The notes under the pieces were generated by a model, which saw nothing but the letters and a program-made list of their open reading frames with translations, had not been told where the DNA came from and ran no database searches. The translations under genes and the position numbers were made by a program. Positions 54,628 through 58,830 of a DNA stretch of 58,830 nt are shown in pieces (the first letter of the stretch is position 1; the number at the start of each line of letters is the position of its first letter). The DNA comes from Candidatus Doudnabacteria bacterium (lineage in GTDB: Bacteria > Patescibacteriota > Doudnabacteria > UBA920 > O2-02-FULL-48-8): assembly GCA_039931165.1 (NCBI GenBank), contig JBDTSL010000005.1, forward strand, positions 1 to 58,830, given 5' to 3'.

Positions 54628-55014
54628 CTATTTCAAAGCCGTGCGGAAATCCCCGTCAAAACCCCGAAGCGATTCATGAATAGCCAAAACCTCATCCGTC
54701 GTGATCGGCTTGGCGTTTTTAAATTTGGAGGTATCCTGGCTGGTCAGGTCGGTAACCATGCCGATTGAGAAGATCTCAGGCCCGTCGATGGCGATACTAA
54801 ACACCACGGAACTTTTGCACTTGTCGCAGTCGGTATGCACCAGAAGCGAATGGCCGCTGAGCGGCTTTTCGTCCCCGGTATCGATGATCTTCGTCTGTTC
54901 GGGGGTATAGCGATGCCCGCAAACCGGGCATTTCAATATATAAGCCAGCCACTGGACGATCTTGTTAAAATCAAATTTAGGCATCTTTGGTAAATTAAAA
55001 TCTTTCCTATCCAC
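54628..55014 (-). CDS. Zinc-ribbon-type hypothetical protein
   Basis: CPVCG ... HTDCDKCKS; C-terminal DEVLAIH. Confidence 0.75.
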   Translation of the reverse strand: MDRKDFNLPKMPKFDFNKIVQWLAYILKCPVCGHRYTPEQTKIIDTGDEKPLSGHSLLVHTDCDKCKSSVVFSIAIDGPEIFSIGMVTDLTSQDTSKFKNAKPITTDEVLAIHESLRGFDGDFRTALK

Positions 55015-55049
55015 ATCCTAATTCTAACACTCCCAAACCAGCAGTCAAC

Positions 55050-56153
55050 CTAGGCGTCGAATTTGAGGGCTTTTTGGCGCGCCACGACGCTTTGCGCCAA
55101 ACCAAGCGCCGCCATGGTCGTGATCAGCGACGATCCGCCATAACTCAAAAGCGGCAATGGAATGCCCGTGACCGGAAGCAGGCCGATATTCATTCCGACA
55201 TTGATCAGGATCTGCGTCAGCAGCATAAAAAAGATCCCGAGAGTCAGGTACATGCCGAAATTGTCCCTTGCGTACTGCATGGCGCGGATGAGGCGAAACA
55301 GCAAAATGCCGAACATTCCCAGGATAAACAGACTGCCGAACAAACCCAGCTCTTCGGCAGTGGACGCGAAAATAAAATCCGTCTGGCGTTCGGGCAGAAA
55401 TTTCAGCTGGGACTGCAGGCCGCGGCCAACTCCCCTGCCTGTGAAGGAGCCGGAGCCGACGGCAATGATCGATTGCAAAACATTATAACCCCTGCCCTGC
55501 GGATCAAGCCCGGGATCCAAAAAAGTATAGATACGGCTTTTCTGAAAATCCCGCAGCACAAAAAACCAGCCGAATGAAGAAACCAAAACCACGGCCAAAA
55601 GCAGGAACGCCACATGCTTCTTGTTCATTTTTGAAAATAAAAGCATGGCAAGCCATGTAAAAAAAATAACCAAGGCGCTTCCCAGATCAGGCTCGATCAA
55701 AACCAATACCGCAGGAATGACAACATAGATCAGCGATAAAATCACATATCGTATGTCTTTCAATTTTTCACCGCTCTGATCAAGGAATTTGGCGGTGATC
55801 AGGACCATGACCAGCTTGGCGAACTCGGCCGGCTGGATGCGGAAAATCCCGAGATCGATCCAGCGCGAGGAGCCGCGGACATTATGTCCCAAAAACCAGA
55901 CCAGCAGCAGGCTTAAAATAATTAAAATATAAAGCACGCCAGTGGTCTTTTTCAGTTTTCTGTAGTCAAAAAACGCCAGCAGAAACAGGATCGCGAAACC
56001 CAATACGGCATAGATCAACTGCCGGCTCAAAAGATTGGTAGGGCTCGCCAGCGTGGTGGAATAGATCATGAGCAAACCTAAAATCAGCAGCAGGGTGCTG
56101 CTGCCGAAAATATACAGGTCAAAATAACGGAAGTTGGCAAGCCAATTCCTCAT
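55050..56153 (-). CDS. rodA: SEDS peptidoglycan polymerase RodA
   Basis: GSSRWI, QPAEFAK, EPDLG, GYNVLQS.IAVGSG, LPERQTDFIF, GIPLPLLSYGGSS. Confidence 0.93.
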   Translation of the reverse strand: MRNWLANFRYFDLYIFGSSTLLLILGLLMIYSTTLASPTNLLSRQLIYAVLGFAILFLLAFFDYRKLKKTTGVLYILIILSLLLVWFLGHNVRGSSRWIDLGIFRIQPAEFAKLVMVLITAKFLDQSGEKLKDIRYVILSLIYVVIPAVLVLIEPDLGSALVIFFTWLAMLLFSKMNKKHVAFLLLAVVLVSSFGWFFVLRDFQKSRIYTFLDPGLDPQGRGYNVLQSIIAVGSGSFTGRGVGRGLQSQLKFLPERQTDFIFASTAEELGLFGSLFILGMFGILLFRLIRAMQYARDNFGMYLTLGIFFMLLTQILINVGMNIGLLPVTGIPLPLLSYGGSSLITTMAALGLAQSVVARQKALKFDA

Positions 56154-56974
56154 GGCACTGGTTGTGTCGAGCTGTTGAAAGGTGTGGCTCCGGCAGGAGT
56201 AGAAAATATGTTCCGGTCAAAAATATTTATCTGGGGATTGATCTCGGCGCGGACAGCGTCCGGCACGGCTACCGGCCACAGGTACTGAAAAGTCCGGGTC
56301 TCCCCTGACAAAACATCATTGATAGAGGTAAAATTCACTGCCACGATCTCATTTTTGGCATTGAAAACCGTGACCGGCAGGTCAATTTCTTTCACGGTCA
56401 ACGCCATGAGATTTTTTAGCCCTGCGGCAATTACCAGACTATCGGGATTAATTTGTAAATCCGTCCGTTCCAGTTCAAGATTGACCGCAACATCGGGCTT
56501 ATGGATAAAGTGGGTATCGGCCAACGCTACCGCGATCTCATCCGGCTTGGTTTGGGAAGTAAATCTGCTAAAGACGATCAACTTTTCGGACGATGGCAGT
56601 ATAAAAGTCGAGCCGTTGACTTTCGTTATGCTCGTTCCGCCCAAAGTTTTGAACTCAACGGTATATTCCAGGCTGGGCACTCCCCATTCAAGATTGATAT
56701 TTTTTATTCTTACATAGCCTGCATATACATTTGGAGACAAAGTAAAAATTTTCTTATCGATAATCTGCAGCGGCAGTTTTACCGCTGCCGTATAAACGAT
56801 CTGCGGGGCCTGGTATCTGGCGGTAATCAGACTGACGAAACCGAACTTAGCCAAATAATAAAATGGTATCAGAACAACCAGAAAAATACCCAGAGCGTAC
56901 CACCACTTTTTGTTCACAGGCGCTACTTTGTCTCCGATATATATGAACACTTCCTGCAGCCGTTCGTTTTGCAT
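56150..56974 (-). CDS. Membrane-anchored beta-rich hypothetical protein coupled to rodA
   Basis: Start probably ATG 56974; one TM followed by two Ig-like halves; stop overlaps the rodA start. Confidence 0.75.
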   Translation of the reverse strand: MQNERLQEVFIYIGDKVAPVNKKWWYALGIFLVVLIPFYYLAKFGFVSLITARYQAPQIVYTAAVKLPLQIIDKKIFTLSPNVYAGYVRIKNINLEWGVPSLEYTVEFKTLGGTSITKVNGSTFILPSSEKLIVFSRFTSQTKPDEIAVALADTHFIHKPDVAVNLELERTDLQINPDSLVIAAGLKNLMALTVKEIDLPVTVFNAKNEIVAVNFTSINDVLSGETRTFQYLWPVAVPDAVRAEINPQINIFDRNIFSTPAGATPFNSSTQPVP

Positions 56975-57117
56975 AGTAACTTTCCTATTAGTCTCTCCTT
57001 CCAGGAGAGTTGCCCCGACCGCCCACACCTGCATTCAATATAAGGCGGGAGAGGCAGAGAGGTTGGTTTCAAGTGAAGGTTAAAAGTATCTAAATTATAC
57101 CACTTTTCTCAGTAAAA

Positions 57118-57153
57118 TAAAAAAGCCGGAGTCCGCGTGTGCAGACTCCGGCT
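57118..57153 (-). terminator. Rho-independent terminator of the cupin gene
   Basis: agccggagtc...gactccggct with an A/T run. Confidence 0.7.
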
Positions 57154-57544
57154 ACTCACCTTCAGGCAACGACCCATGAAAATCGAGTAGCAATTCGCTA
57201 TCTTCCAATGCTATGAATGTCGTAGGAGTACCCGCATCGACAAAGTACTTCCCCCCAGAACCCAGGACATGTGTCATGTCTCCACGGCTCACCTGGATTT
57301 TCCCGCTCAACACAACGACGAGCTCATTTCTTGTGTGAATCACGTTCTCGCCAGGACAGAAACCGGCTTTTGGTTTAAAAATACGGACTTCGCAAGGACA
57401 CCCATCTAAAGCACTCACTATAACACGATCTGAAATCGTGCCGCCGCCAAAGTCTCGCGTGAAATGTTTTTCTCCCGATTGCTTCACGACCAGCGCCATT
57501 TCATCCTCCTTGAATCCAATAAAACCAAATCTTTGGACACTCAA
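57152..57544 (-). CDS. Cupin-domain protein
   Basis: HTRNELVVVLSGKIQV...LGSGGKYFVDAGTP. Confidence 0.75.
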   Translation of the reverse strand: MSVQRFGFIGFKEDEMALVVKQSGEKHFTRDFGGGTISDRVIVSALDGCPCEVRIFKPKAGFCPGENVIHTRNELVVVLSGKIQVSRGDMTHVLGSGGKYFVDAGTPTTFIALEDSELLLDFHGSLPEGE

Positions 57545-57594
57545 GTTTAACCCAAAATTGCCCCTTCGTCAAGGCTTGGTTATAATGCCAACAT

Positions 57595-58830
57595 ATGTCT
57601 AAATTCACTCATCTCCACGTCCATTCGCACTATTCCCTGCTTGACGGCTTATCAAAAATAAGCGAATTAGTGGCGCGGGCAAAACAGATGGGTATGGAAA
57701 GCCTGGCGCTGACTGACCACGGTGTAATGTACGGCGCGATTGAATTTTACAACTCCTGCCTGGAAGCCGGGATCAAACCGATCATCGGAGTGGAAGCATA
57801 CATAGCGCCCAGAAGCCTTGCTGATAAAAGCGGCAAGGTCGATTCTGATTATTTTCATTTGACTCTGCTTGCGGCCAATGATAAAGGATACAAAAATCTT
57901 CTCAAGCTTACGACCATCGCCCACATCGACGGCTACTATTACAAACCACGCATCGATCTTAATGTTCTGAGACAGCACAGCTCCGGACTGATCGCGCTTT
58001 CCGGCTGCCAGCGCGGCGAGCTGGCGCGCGCGGTCATGAATAAATCCGACGCGGAAATAAAAGAAGTACTGAAAAAATATCTGGATATTTTTGGGGCGGA
58101 AAATTTTTATATAGAGATCCAGCGCAATAGTTTACCCGCCGAAGCCTTGGCGAAGGCGGGCCGAGTCCAAGATGCCGCTGAACAGAAACTTAGCCAAAAA
58201 CTCATCGCCTTAGCTAGAGCAAATAATCTAAAAATCGTGGCCACTGCCGACTGCCATTATATTTATCCCAATGACGCGGAAGCCCAGGATGTTTTGCTCT
58301 GCATCGGCACTGCCCGCATAACTTCCGACAGCAACCGAATGGATATGCGAGGTTACGATTTGTCGCTCAAAACCGGAGACGAAATGCTTGAAAGGTTTCA
58401 AGATATTCCGGAATCGGTCAGCAATACCGCCGAGGTCGCAAGCAGGTGCGATCTGAAGATCCTGACCGGGCAGCGATACTTTCCAAAAGTGGAAGTGCCG
58501 GCCGGGAAAACTATCGCCGAATACCTTCGTGAGCTGACATATGAAAAAGCCCTGCCGCTTTACGGTAAAAACGGCCAGATTCCGCCTGAGATACAAGAAC
58601 GCATTGATTATGAACTGAATATCATCATCAAAACCGGGTTTGATACTTACATCCTGATGGTAGCGGATGTGGTTGAAGGCGCGCACAAGCTCGGAGCTAT
58701 CACCAATACCAGAGGCTCTGCTGCCGGCAGTATAGTCGGACGAATTTTGGGCATCACCAACGTTGATCCTCTTTATTATGAACTGCCTTTTGAAAGATTT
58801 TATTTCAGCAATCAGATTGAAAGGATCAGG
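57595..58830 (+). CDS. dnaE: DNA polymerase III alpha subunit, partial (runs off the window end; not in the ORF track)
   Basis: FTHLHVHSHYSLLDG, ALTDHG, GIKPIIGVEAY, YYKPRID, TRGSAAGS, LPFERF. Confidence 0.96.
   Translation, partial: MSKFTHLHVHSHYSLLDGLSKISELVARAKQMGMESLALTDHGVMYGAIEFYNSCLEAGIKPIIGVEAYIAPRSLADKSGKVDSDYFHLTLLAANDKGYKNLLKLTTIAHIDGYYYKPRIDLNVLRQHSSGLIALSGCQRGELARAVMNKSDAEIKEVLKKYLDIFGAENFYIEIQRNSLPAEALAKAGRVQDAAEQKLSQKLIALARANNLKIVATADCHYIYPNDAEAQDVLLCIGTARITSDSNRMDMRGYDLSLKTGDEMLERFQDIPESVSNTAEVASRCDLKILTGQRYFPKVEVPAGKTIAEYLRELTYEKALPLYGKNGQIPPEIQERIDYELNIIIKTGFDTYILMVADVVEGAHKLGAITNTRGSAAGSIVGRILGITNVDPLYYELPFERFYFSNQIERIR
58135..58160 (+). repeat. 26-nt REP-like palindrome in frame in dnaE
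   Basis: cccgccgaagccttggcgaaggcggg encoding PAEALAKAG. Confidence 0.8.

Noticed and set aside
1-58830. Alternative genetic code (UGA=Gly) as in some CPR groups
   Set aside because: TGA terminates genes at expected positions (e.g. prfA, aspS, the CAP gene), and all conserved genes are full-length in code 11

Overview
58.8 kb of a small-genome bacterium read in genetic code 11. Gene content and style point to Patescibacteria/CPR, most likely a Doudnabacteria-like lineage. This is an inference from the short AspRS without a GAD insert, the stand-alone rplJ-rplL pair, the near-absence of central metabolism and the many orphan membrane or secreted proteins. Housekeeping content: rmlBCDA, lgt, aspS-ybaK-scpAB, mraZ-rsmH-ftsL-ftsI-murF, rplJL, mltG, HU, a cold-shock protein, an ABC exporter, rpmG, rpsB-tsf, rpmE-prfA-prmC, rplY, rodA, a partial dnaE and five tRNAs (Glu-CTC, Trp-CCA, Thr-GGT, Thr-TGT, Tyr-GTA). 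No integrase, transposase, rRNA or CRISPR array is visible. The most striking non-coding signal is a pair of homologous ~104-nt structured elements (61 of the first 78 nt identical, with compensatory base pairs). One sits behind tRNA-Glu and the other behind tRNA-Tyr. Each is bracketed by an inverted T-arm copy and a direct 3'-end copy of its own host tRNA. The window also holds at least five families of REP/MITE-like palindromes, three of which sit in frame inside proteins (PrmC, DnaE and a GH1 glycosidase). Protein-level oddities: a collagen plus beta-barrel-like secreted protein, an HTH gene followed by three membrane-anchored paralogues sharing a new motif, a two-kinase signalling cassette with no DNA-binding output, pseudo-enzymes (trypsin-like and PP2C-like), and surface proteins sharing a lineage-type repeat.
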